Shown here: positions 1 to 8,144 of the stretch, piece by piece
How the letters are laid out: every line of letters begins with the position of its first letter
Position numbering within the stretch: position 1 is the first letter of the stretch
Assembly (NCBI GenBank): GCA_965206595.1
Contig: OZ242214.1
Span: forward strand, 2,976,001-3,040,000
Length of the DNA: 64,000 nucleotides
From: Candidatus Latescibacterota bacterium
GTDB taxonomy: Bacteria; Latescibacterota; UBA2968; UBA8231
Direction: 5' to 3'
Program-made: the position numbers and the translations under genes
The notes under the pieces: generated by a model
The model's input: only the letters and a program-made list of their open reading frames with translations
Databases searched by the model: none
Told to the model about the DNA's origin: nothing

Positions 1-695
1 ACAGCGACAAGCACAATCCGCACGTGGTAGCATCCCTGCTCAAGCTCGCGGCAACCTTGCCCGACGCCATCGGGGCGCACGTCGAGCAGGCGGCCGTGGC
101 GGTTTCCCAAAGACGGCTTGCCCCGGACTACATGAAAGTCCTCGAAGGTCTCACCCGGGCCTGGGCAGGCCGGCGGCAGGTCCAGATCGTTTATCGCGAT
201 CCCATCACCGGGACGCGCTCCGAGCGCCTGTTCGACCCCTTTTTCATCGAGCCTTCCTTCTTGGGCTATTCTTGCTACGTGTTCGGGTTCGATCACTTCC
301 GCCAGGCGATCCGCTCCTTCAAGGTCGAGCGGCTGGAAGAGGTCGAGGTGTTGGAAACCCGTTTCGAGCCGTTGCCGGATTTCGATCCCTACGACTACCT
401 CAGGCACGCCTGGGGGATCAGGGGCGGCGACGAGGTGGTGGAGGTAAGATTGCGGTTTTCCAGAAACGCGGTCTATCGGGTCAACGAATCGGACTGGCCC
501 GGGGTGGTGGCCCGGGAGGAAGACCGGGAGGGGCGCTGTACGCTGACGTTTCTGGTCAATCACATTCTGGAAATCAAGTCCTGGATCAGGGCATGGGGAC
601 CGGAATGCGAGGTGTTGGGCCCGGAGGAGCTGCGCCGGGAGATCGGGGAGGAGATGAAGGCTGCGACAGAGCTGTATGGGGACGCCGGAGAATAG
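1..695 (+). CDS. WYL-domain transcriptional regulator (WYL+WCX), 5'-truncated by window edge
   Basis: Frame is open back to the window start. Typical WYL motifs: 'IVYR...ERLFDPFFI...YVFGFDHFRQAIRSFKVERL' and a WCX tail 'IKSWIRAWGPECEVLGPEELR'. The HTH is presumably upstream. Confidence 0.92.
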   Translation, partial: SDKHNPHVVASLLKLAATLPDAIGAHVEQAAVAVSQRRLAPDYMKVLEGLTRAWAGRRQVQIVYRDPITGTRSERLFDPFFIEPSFLGYSCYVFGFDHFRQAIRSFKVERLEEVEVLETRFEPLPDFDPYDYLRHAWGIRGGDEVVEVRLRFSRNAVYRVNESDWPGVVAREEDREGRCTLTFLVNHILEIKSWIRAWGPECEVLGPEELRREIGEEMKAATELYGDAGE

Positions 696-833
696 CCGGA
701 ATCTGCGGCCTGTGGACGTGCCCTCTACCTGGGAAATCGACCGTGGATGTTCGATCGATACGGTTACGTGAAATGTCTTCCTGACAAGCGGCAGATCCGT
801 CAGGATGCGCGACTACATAGGGGACCAAGCAAT

Positions 834-3800
834 ATGAAAAAGGCAATCGGCTGTCTCGTGTGGCTGTTGTCGAGCCTGCAGGCAGGAGCGGAGCCCCTTG
901 TGGAGGGGCGGGTGAGGCTGGCTTCCGGGGAACCGGCGGCCGGGGCGCAGGTGCTGCTGTTCGACCTGACCGACCTGCGCCTGGCGCCGGTCGCTGCGAC
1001 CACCGATGAAGCGGGGTATTTCGCGCTGCCATTCGGTGGGTTGCGGGCATGGATGCCGGTTCTGCCGGAGCGCTTCGAGCTGGGGCACAACTACCCCAAT
1101 CCGTTCAATCCTTCCACCATCATCCCCTACCAGCTGCCGGCCTCGACCCGGGTGCGGCTCGAGGTCTTCAACATCCTGGGTCAGCGGGTGACGACCCTGG
1201 TCGACGGGGAACGTGCGGCCGGCTTTCACACGGCCCGCTGGGACGCCACCGATGCCGCGGGGCGAGCGGTGGCCGCCGGCGTCTACTTCTACCGGCTGAA
1301 AGGCGGCGGGGTGCACCTGACCCGGCGCATGGTGTTGATCGACGGGCAGGCAGGGATTCCTTCGGCAGTGCCTGGCGGTCCGCCAACCGCCGGCCGTGAG
1401 GAGGGGGAAACGTCCCCGGTTCTCGGATTGGCCGTCTTGGGTGAGGGACTGGTCCCCTACCTCGACCCGGTTTTCCGGGTGGAAGCGGGCATGGCTCCGG
1501 TGGACATCGTCGTCGAAACCTCGGGCGGGATCCGGCATGCGAAGGTGGCTTCAGGCGGGATTCTGGGGGACGTCGACAACAACGGCCGGGTCGACATTTT
1601 CGACGCCCTGCTGGTGGCCGTGTACAGCGCCAATGCCAGCCTCGTCATGCCGAACAACGGCGATATTACCCTCGGCGACGTCAACGGGGACGGCCGGACG
1701 GATCTCACCGACGCTTTCCACATTGCCACGTACACAGTGGATCCCTCCGATCCGACGCTGCCCGCAGGAATCGGGGAGGCCCTGGTCCAGGCGACGGCAT
1801 CGCTGTCCCCCCTTCCCTCCACCGTCTCCTTCCAGGACGACGGGACCTGGCACCGGTTTACGGTCCAGGCCGGCGAGCCGATCGTGGTGGTGGCCAACCC
1901 CACGGGAACCACCCCGCGTGTGGAGATCACCAACCTCAGCACCACCAACTTTTGTCCAGCGGAAGCGAACGACGACCTGACACGCCAGGACGGCCAGGAT
2001 ATCGTCCTGGCCGGCTGCTCCTCAGGTACGGGTACAGTTGAACTGCGGCGGGCGTCCGACCAGACCGTCCTGCAAACCTATACCTTCACGATACAGGGAC
2101 AGGGAACCGGTGGAGGGGGCGACGGCAATGCCCCCGACCTGATTGTCGATGCCCCTACGGTCAGCACCAGCAGCCCGGCGGCCGGCGCCTCCTTCACCCT
2201 GAGGGCCACCGTCCGCAACCAGGGTGCGGCTCGGTCGGGATCGACCACCCTGCGCTACTACCGCTCCACCGACGCAACCGTTTCCACCGGCGACACCCAG
2301 GTCGGCACCGACCCGGTGAGCAGCCTGTCCGCTTCCCGCACCAGCTCCGAGTCGATCAGCCTCCGCGCCCCTTCCAGCACCGGAACCTACTACTACGGAG
2401 CCTGCGTCGAGAGCGTCAGCGAGGAAAGCAATACAGGGAACAACTGCTCCGCAGCCGTAACCGTTACCGTGGGCGCCGCCCCGGCTCCCGACCTCGTCGT
2501 CGATGCCCCTACGGTCACCAACAGCAGCCCCACAGCCGGGGCCTCCTTCACCCTGAGGGCCACCGTCCGCAACCAGGGTGCCGCTCGGTCGGGATCGACC
2601 ACCCTGCGCTACTACCGCTCCACCGACGCAACCGTTTCCACCGGCGACACCCAGGTCGGCACCGACCCGGTGAGCAGCCTGTCCGCCTCCCGGACCAGCT
2701 CCGAGTCGATCAGCCTGAGCGCTCCCTCCAGCACCGGCACCTACTACTACGGGGCCTGCGTCGAGAGCGTCAGCGAGGAAAGCAATACAGGGAACAACTG
2801 CTCCGCAGCCATAACCGTTACCGTGGGCGCCGCCCCGGCTCCCGACCTGATTGTCGATGCCCCTACGGTCAGCACCGGCAGCCCCGCGGCCGGCGCCTCC
2901 TTCACCCTGAGGGCCACCGTCCGTAACCAAGGTGCCGCTCGGTCGGGCTCGACCACCCTGCGCTACTACCGCTCCACCGACGCAACCGTTTCCACCGGCG
3001 ACACCCAAGTCGGCACCGACGTGGTGAGCGGCCTGTCCGCCTCCCGGACCAGCTCCGAGTCGATCAGCCTCCGCGCCCCCTCCAGCACCGGAACCTACTA
3101 CTACGGTGCCTGCGTCGAGAGTGTCAGCGAGGAAAGCAATACAGGGAACAACTGCTCCGCAGCCATAACCGTTACCGTGGGCGCCGCCCCGGCTCCCGAC
3201 CTGATTGTCGATGCCCCTACGGTCAGCACCGGCAGCCCCGCGGCCGGCGCCTCCTTCACCCTGAGGGCCACCGTCCGTAACCAAGGTGCCGCTCGGTCGG
3301 GCTCGACCACCCTGCGCTACTACCGCTCCACCGACGCAACCGTTTCCACCGGCGACACCCAAGTCGGCACCGACGTGGTGAGCGGCCTGTCCGCCTCCCG
3401 GACCAGCTCCGAGTCGATCAGCCTCCGCGCCCCCTCCAGCACCGGAACCTACTACTACGGTGCCTGCGTCGAGAGTGTCAGCGAGGAAAGCAATACAGGG
3501 AACAACTGCTCCGCAGCCGTCACCGTCACCGTGGGCGCCGCCCCGGCTCCCGACCTGATTGTCGATGCCCCTACGGTCAGCACCGGCAGCCCCGCGGCCG
3601 GCGCCTCCTTCACCCTGAGGGCCACCGTCCGTAACCAAGGTGCCGCTCGGTCGGGCTCGACCACCCTGCGCTACTACCGCTCCACCGACGCAACCGTTTC
3701 CACCGGCGACACCCAAGTCGGCACCGACGTGGTGAGCGGCCTGTCCGCCTCCCGGACCAGCTCCGAGTCGATCAGCCTGAGCGCCCCCTCCAGCACCGGA

Positions 3801-6800
3801 ACCTACTACTACGGTGCCTGCGTCGAGAGTGTCAGCGAGGAAAGCAATACAGGGAACAACTGCTCCGCAGCCGTCACCGTCACCGTGGGCGCCGCCCCGG
3901 CTCCCGACCTGATTGTCGATGCCCCTACGGTCAGCACCGGCAGCCCCGCGGCCGGCGCCTCCTTCACCCTGAGGGCCACCGTCCGTAACCAAGGTGCCGC
4001 TCGGTCGGGCTCGACCACCCTGCGCTACTACCGCTCCACCGACGCAACCGTTTCCACCGGCGACACCCAAGTCGGCACCGACGTGGTGAGCGGCCTGTCC
4101 GCCTCCCGGACCAGCTCCGAGTCGATCAGCCTGAGCGCCCCCTCCAGCACCGGAACCTACTACTACGGTGCCTGCGTCGAGAGTGTCAGCGAGGAAAGCA
4201 ATACAGGGAACAACTGCTCCGCAGCCGTGACCGTGACCGTGGGCGCCGCCCCTGCCCCTGACCTGGTCGTCGATGCCCCTACGGTCACCAACAGCAGCCC
4301 GGCGGCCGGGGCCTCCTTCACCCTGAGGGCAACCGTCCGTAACCAGGGTGCGGCTCGGTCGGGCTCGACCACCCTGCGCTACTACCGTTCCACCGACGCA
4401 ACCGTTTCCACCGGCGACACCGAGGTCGGCACCGACGTGGTGAGCAGCCTGTCTGCCTCCCGCACCAGTCCCGAGTCGATCAGCCTCTCCGCCCCATCGA
4501 GCGCAGGCACCTACTACTACGGCGCCTGCGTGGTGAGCGTCAGCGGGGAAAGCAATACCGGGAACAACTGTTCCGCAGCCGTAACGGTCACCGTTCCCGG
4601 GACCGTCACTCAGCCAACACCCCAACCCGGAGTGTCGAAGCTGTACTGGTCGGACTGGGGGACGGACAAGATCCAGCGCGCCGACCTCGACGGCTCCCAT
4701 GTCGAAGACCTGGTCACCAGCGCGGGACTGGATGGTCCCGACGGGCTGTCCCTGGATCTGGCCGGCGGCAAGATCTACTGGGCGGATGCGGGCACCAACA
4801 AGATCCAGCGGGCAAACCTCGACGGCTCCGGGGCCGAAGATCTGGTCACCGGCCTGGGGATTCCATACGGGCTGGCCCTGCACGTGTCCGGCGGCAAGAT
4901 GTACTGGACGAACCGGCAGTCGAACAAGATTCAGCGGGCAAACCTCGACGGCTCCGGGGTCGAAGACCTCGTCACCAGCGGCTTGACTTTTCCCGGCGCG
5001 CTGGCACTCGACGTAGCCGGCGGCAAGATGTACTGGACGAACCCGGGCGCGACGAAAATCCAGCGGGCAAATCTGAGCGGCTCCAATGTCGAAGACCTCG
5101 TCACCAGCGGCTTGAGCAGCCCCACCGGGCTCGCACTCGACGTAGCCGGCGGCAAGATCTACTGGACCGACCGGGGCACGGACAAGATTCAACGCGCCAA
5201 CCTGAGCGGCTCCAATGTCGAGGACCTCGTAACCAGCGGCTTGAACAGTCCCAACGGGCTCGCACTCGACGTAGCCGGCGGCAAGATCTACTGGACCGAC
5301 GCGGGCACGAACAAGGTGCAGCGGGCCAATCTCAACGGCTCCGGAGTCGAGGACCTGCTCACGGGGACAGACGGACTGATCGATCCATCCGGTATCGCCA
5401 TTGGGGGAACCGCCGATACCGGGTCCGGTGGTGGAGGTGGTGGCGGCGGCACCTCCCCTGCCCCTGACCTGGTCGTCGATGCCCCTACGGTCAGCAACAG
5501 CAGCCCCACAGCCGGGGCCTCCTTCACCCTGAGGGCCACCGTCCGCAACCAGGGAACCGGGCGGGCTGGCTCGACCACCCTGCGCTACTACCGTTCCACT
5601 GACGCGACGGTTTCCACCAGCGACACCGAGGTCGGAACCGACCCGGTGAGCACCCTGTCCGCCTCTCGCACCAGTTCCGAGTCGATCTTCCTTTCCGCCC
5701 CGTCGAATGCCGGCTCCTACTACTACGGGGCCTGCGTCGAGAGCGTCAGCGATGAAAGCGATACCGGGAACAACTGCTCCTCAGCCGTGACCGTGACCGT
5801 GGGCGCCGCCCCTGCCCCTGACCTGGTTGTCGATGCCCCTACGGTCAGCAACAGCAGCCCCACAGCCGGGGCCTCCTTCACCCTGAGGGCCACCGTCCGC
5901 AACCAGGGTACCGGGCGGTCGGGTTCCACCACCCTGCGCTACTACCGTTCCACTGACGCGACGGTTTCCACCGGCGACACCCAGGTCGGCACCGACCCGG
6001 TGAGCACCCTGTCCGCCTCTCGCACCAGTTCCGAGTCGATCTTCCTTTCCGCTCCGTCGAATGCCGGCTCCTACTACTACGGGGCCTGCGTCGAGAGCGT
6101 CAGCGATGAAAGCGATACCGGGAACAACTGCTCCTCAGCCGTGACCGTGACCGTGGGCGCCGCCCCAGCCCCCGATCTCGTCGTCGATGCCCCTACGGTC
6201 ACCAACAGCAGTCCGACTGCCGGGGCCTCCTTCACCCTGAGGGCCACCGTCCGCAACCAGGGTACCGGGCGGTCGGGTTCCACCACCTTGCGCTACTACC
6301 GTTCCACTGACGCGACGGTTTCCACCGGCGACACCGAGGTCGGCACCGACCCGGTGAGCACCCTGTCCGCCTCCCGAACCGGCTCCGAGTCGATCAGCCT
6401 CCGCGCCCCGTCGAGCACGGGAACCTACTACTACGGCGCCTGCGTCGAGAGCGTCAGCGATGAAACCGATACCGGGAACAACTGCTCCTCTCCCGTAACC
6501 GTTACCGTGGGCGCCGCACCTGCTCCTGATCTCGTCGTTGACTCGCCCTCGGTCACCAACAGCAGCCCGACGGCCGGGGCCTCCTTCACCCTGAGCGCCA
6601 CCGTCCGCAACCAGGGAACCGGGGGGGCTGGCTCGACCACTCTGCGCTACTACCGCTCCACCGACGCGACGGTTTCAACCGGAGACACCCAGGTCGGCAC
6701 CGACCCGGTGAGCAGCCTGTCAGCCTCCAGGACCAGCTCCGAGTCGATCAGCCTCAGCGCCCCCTCCACCACCGGCACCTACTACTACGGAGCCTGCGTC

Positions 6801-7940
6801 GAGAGCGTCAGCGGGGAAAGCAATACCGGGAACAACTGCTCCTCAGCCGTGACCGTAACCGTTCCTGCGACCGTCACTCAGCCAGAGCCCCAACCCGCCG
6901 GGGCCTCGAAGGTGTACTGGTCGGACTGGGGCACGGACAAGATCCAGCGCGCCGACCTCGACGGCTCCAATGTCGAAGACCTGGTGACAAGCGGACTGGA
7001 TGGACCCGATGGGCTGGCCGTGGACGCGGCCGGCGGCAAGCTGTATTGGACCGACGCGGGCACGGCCAAGATCCAGCGCTCCGACCTCGACGGCTCCAAT
7101 GTCGACGACCTGGTAACCAGCGGTCTGGGGATCCCATACGGTCTGGCCCTGGATGTTTCCGGGGGCAAGATGTACTGGACCGACCGGCAATCGTCTAAAA
7201 TCCAGCGGGCGGATCTCGACGGCTCCAATGTCGAAGACCTCCTGACCCTGGCCGGATTGGCTTTTCCAGCAGAAATAGCCGTGGACGCGGCCGGTGGAAA
7301 GATCTACTGGGCGAACCCGGGCGCCGACAAGATTCAGCGGGCCGACCTCGACGGCTCAAACCTCGAAGACCTGGTAACCAGCGGCCTGAGCAGTCCCAAC
7401 GGGGTGGCCCTGGACGTGGCCGGCGGCAAGATGTACTGGACCGACCGGGGCACGGACAAGATTCAACGGGCCGACCTGAACGGCTCCAATGTCCAGGACC
7501 TGGTAACCAGCGGCCTGAGCGGTCCCAACGGCCTGGACCTGGACGCGGCCGGCGGCAAGATCTACTGGACCGACGCGGAGACGAACAAGCTGCAGCGGGC
7601 AAACCTCGACGGCTCCGGAGTCGAGGACCTTCTCACCAGCTCCGACGGACTGGTCGATCCATCGGGACTGGCCCTGGGAGCGGAGAGCGCCAGTGGCAGC
7701 AATGGCGGTAGCAGCAACACTTATGGAGTGGGTGATGCGCTCCCGAATGTCCCCACCGGTTCCTTTTTCCCAGCGCGTCTTTCCGGTGGTGGAAGTATTT
7801 CCAGCTCTGGCGGAAGCACGGTCATCACCTTCAACAATGGCAGCCAGATCGAACTGCAGGATGGGACCACTTATACCTGTATCGCCACGGGGGGCTGCAG
7901 AGTCGAGAACGGACGCGTCACCATGGGGCTTTTTGAATAG
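834..7940 (+). CDS. Giant exported surface protein: signal peptide, FlgD/T9SS-CTD-like domain, dockerin, 7 CARDB-like Ig repeats, YWTD propeller, 4 CARDB-like repeats, YWTD propeller, small C-terminal domain
   Basis: ATG at 834 (MKKAIGCLVWLLSSLQAGA signal). 'NYPNPFNPST...WDATD...GVYFYRL'; paired 'GDVDNNGRVDIFD/GDVNGDGRTDLTD'; 118-aa 'PDLxV...ATVRNQG...YYYGACV..ES..NNCS' repeats; 12 'YW(T/S/A)(D/N)...KIQRA(N/D)L(D/S/N)GS' blades. Confidence 0.9.
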   Translation: MKKAIGCLVWLLSSLQAGAEPLVEGRVRLASGEPAAGAQVLLFDLTDLRLAPVAATTDEAGYFALPFGGLRAWMPVLPERFELGHNYPNPFNPSTIIPYQLPASTRVRLEVFNILGQRVTTLVDGERAAGFHTARWDATDAAGRAVAAGVYFYRLKGGGVHLTRRMVLIDGQAGIPSAVPGGPPTAGREEGETSPVLGLAVLGEGLVPYLDPVFRVEAGMAPVDIVVETSGGIRHAKVASGGILGDVDNNGRVDIFDALLVAVYSANASLVMPNNGDITLGDVNGDGRTDLTDAFHIATYTVDPSDPTLPAGIGEALVQATASLSPLPSTVSFQDDGTWHRFTVQAGEPIVVVANPTGTTPRVEITNLSTTNFCPAEANDDLTRQDGQDIVLAGCSSGTGTVELRRASDQTVLQTYTFTIQGQGTGGGGDGNAPDLIVDAPTVSTSSPAAGASFTLRATVRNQGAARSGSTTLRYYRSTDATVSTGDTQVGTDPVSSLSASRTSSESISLRAPSSTGTYYYGACVESVSEESNTGNNCSAAVTVTVGAAPAPDLVVDAPTVTNSSPTAGASFTLRATVRNQGAARSGSTTLRYYRSTDATVSTGDTQVGTDPVSSLSASRTSSESISLSAPSSTGTYYYGACVESVSEESNTGNNCSAAITVTVGAAPAPDLIVDAPTVSTGSPAAGASFTLRATVRNQGAARSGSTTLRYYRSTDATVSTGDTQVGTDVVSGLSASRTSSESISLRAPSSTGTYYYGACVESVSEESNTGNNCSAAITVTVGAAPAPDLIVDAPTVSTGSPAAGASFTLRATVRNQGAARSGSTTLRYYRSTDATVSTGDTQVGTDVVSGLSASRTSSESISLRAPSSTGTYYYGACVESVSEESNTGNNCSAAVTVTVGAAPAPDLIVDAPTVSTGSPAAGASFTLRATVRNQGAARSGSTTLRYYRSTDATVSTGDTQVGTDVVSGLSASRTSSESISLSAPSSTGTYYYGACVESVSEESNTGNNCSAAVTVTVGAAPAPDLIVDAPTVSTGSPAAGASFTLRATVRNQGAARSGSTTLRYYRSTDATVSTGDTQVGTDVVSGLSASRTSSESISLSAPSSTGTYYYGACVESVSEESNTGNNCSAAVTVTVGAAPAPDLVVDAPTVTNSSPAAGASFTLRATVRNQGAARSGSTTLRYYRSTDATVSTGDTEVGTDVVSSLSASRTSPESISLSAPSSAGTYYYGACVVSVSGESNTGNNCSAAVTVTVPGTVTQPTPQPGVSKLYWSDWGTDKIQRADLDGSHVEDLVTSAGLDGPDGLSLDLAGGKIYWADAGTNKIQRANLDGSGAEDLVTGLGIPYGLALHVSGGKMYWTNRQSNKIQRANLDGSGVEDLVTSGLTFPGALALDVAGGKMYWTNPGATKIQRANLSGSNVEDLVTSGLSSPTGLALDVAGGKIYWTDRGTDKIQRANLSGSNVEDLVTSGLNSPNGLALDVAGGKIYWTDAGTNKVQRANLNGSGVEDLLTGTDGLIDPSGIAIGGTADTGSGGGGGGGGTSPAPDLVVDAPTVSNSSPTAGASFTLRATVRNQGTGRAGSTTLRYYRSTDATVSTSDTEVGTDPVSTLSASRTSSESIFLSAPSNAGSYYYGACVESVSDESDTGNNCSSAVTVTVGAAPAPDLVVDAPTVSNSSPTAGASFTLRATVRNQGTGRSGSTTLRYYRSTDATVSTGDTQVGTDPVSTLSASRTSSESIFLSAPSNAGSYYYGACVESVSDESDTGNNCSSAVTVTVGAAPAPDLVVDAPTVTNSSPTAGASFTLRATVRNQGTGRSGSTTLRYYRSTDATVSTGDTEVGTDPVSTLSASRTGSESISLRAPSSTGTYYYGACVESVSDETDTGNNCSSPVTVTVGAAPAPDLVVDSPSVTNSSPTAGASFTLSATVRNQGTGGAGSTTLRYYRSTDATVSTGDTQVGTDPVSSLSASRTSSESISLSAPSTTGTYYYGACVESVSGESNTGNNCSSAVTVTVPATVTQPEPQPAGASKVYWSDWGTDKIQRADLDGSNVEDLVTSGLDGPDGLAVDAAGGKLYWTDAGTAKIQRSDLDGSNVDDLVTSGLGIPYGLALDVSGGKMYWTDRQSSKIQRADLDGSNVEDLLTLAGLAFPAEIAVDAAGGKIYWANPGADKIQRADLDGSNLEDLVTSGLSSPNGVALDVAGGKMYWTDRGTDKIQRADLNGSNVQDLVTSGLSGPNGLDLDAAGGKIYWTDAETNKLQRANLDGSGVEDLLTSSDGLVDPSGLALGAESASGSNGGSSNTYGVGDALPNVPTGSFFPARLSGGGSISSSGGSTVITFNNGSQIELQDGTTYTCIATGGCRVENGRVTMGLFE
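2130..4600 (+). repeat. Seven tandem 354-bp intragenic repeats (CARDB-like units)
   Basis: The period is visible directly: antisense ORFs recur at 2393, 2747, 3101, 3455, 3809 and 4163. Copies 3-6 are almost identical at DNA level. Confidence 0.95.
5458..6866 (+). repeat. Four further 354-bp CARDB-like repeats
   Basis: Same unit with diagnostic 'NQGTG' and 'SDESDTG' variants; period 354 (5723, 6077, 6431). Confidence 0.93.
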
Positions 7941-7975
7941 GCATTCCTGACGGATGAAAACGCCAGGCGCGAATC

Positions 7976-8078
7976 GGAATTGCCTCGGGCATGATCGTTC
8001 CCTTGCAAGCAGGGTGTACCTCTACCGGCTGGTGAGCGCCGAGAGAGTCCTGAGGCGCAAGCTCACCCGTTGCGCTGA
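7976..8078 (+). pseudogene. Relic 3' end of a sorting-tail gene
   Basis: Reads 'DRSLASRVYLYRLVSAERVLRRKLT' then c[t]g-ttg-cgc-tga, i.e. the family tail 'GRPLASGVYLYRLV...RKLTLLR*' with a 1-nt deletion. No upstream gene body. Confidence 0.85.
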
Positions 8079-8083
8079 GCAGA

Positions 8084-8107
8084 CCGTGCCCCAGTATTCG
8101 GGCACGG
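8084..8107 (+). terminator. 8-bp GC hairpin (possible terminator or processing stem)
   Basis: ccgtgccc-cagtattc-gggcacgg just after the relic stop; poor U-tract. Confidence 0.35.
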
Positions 8108-8144
8108 GTTGCCCGTCATCGACAGGAACAGGGGGCATTACCCC

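Noticed and set aside
2022-5192. 1056-aa antisense ORF and the recurring 69-aa antisense ORFs
   Set aside because: Shadows of the GC-rich repetitive sense gene; no independent protein features.
2130-6866. CRISPR-like or other non-coding repeat array
   Set aside because: The repeats are long, in-frame and lack unique spacers; no cas genes in the window.
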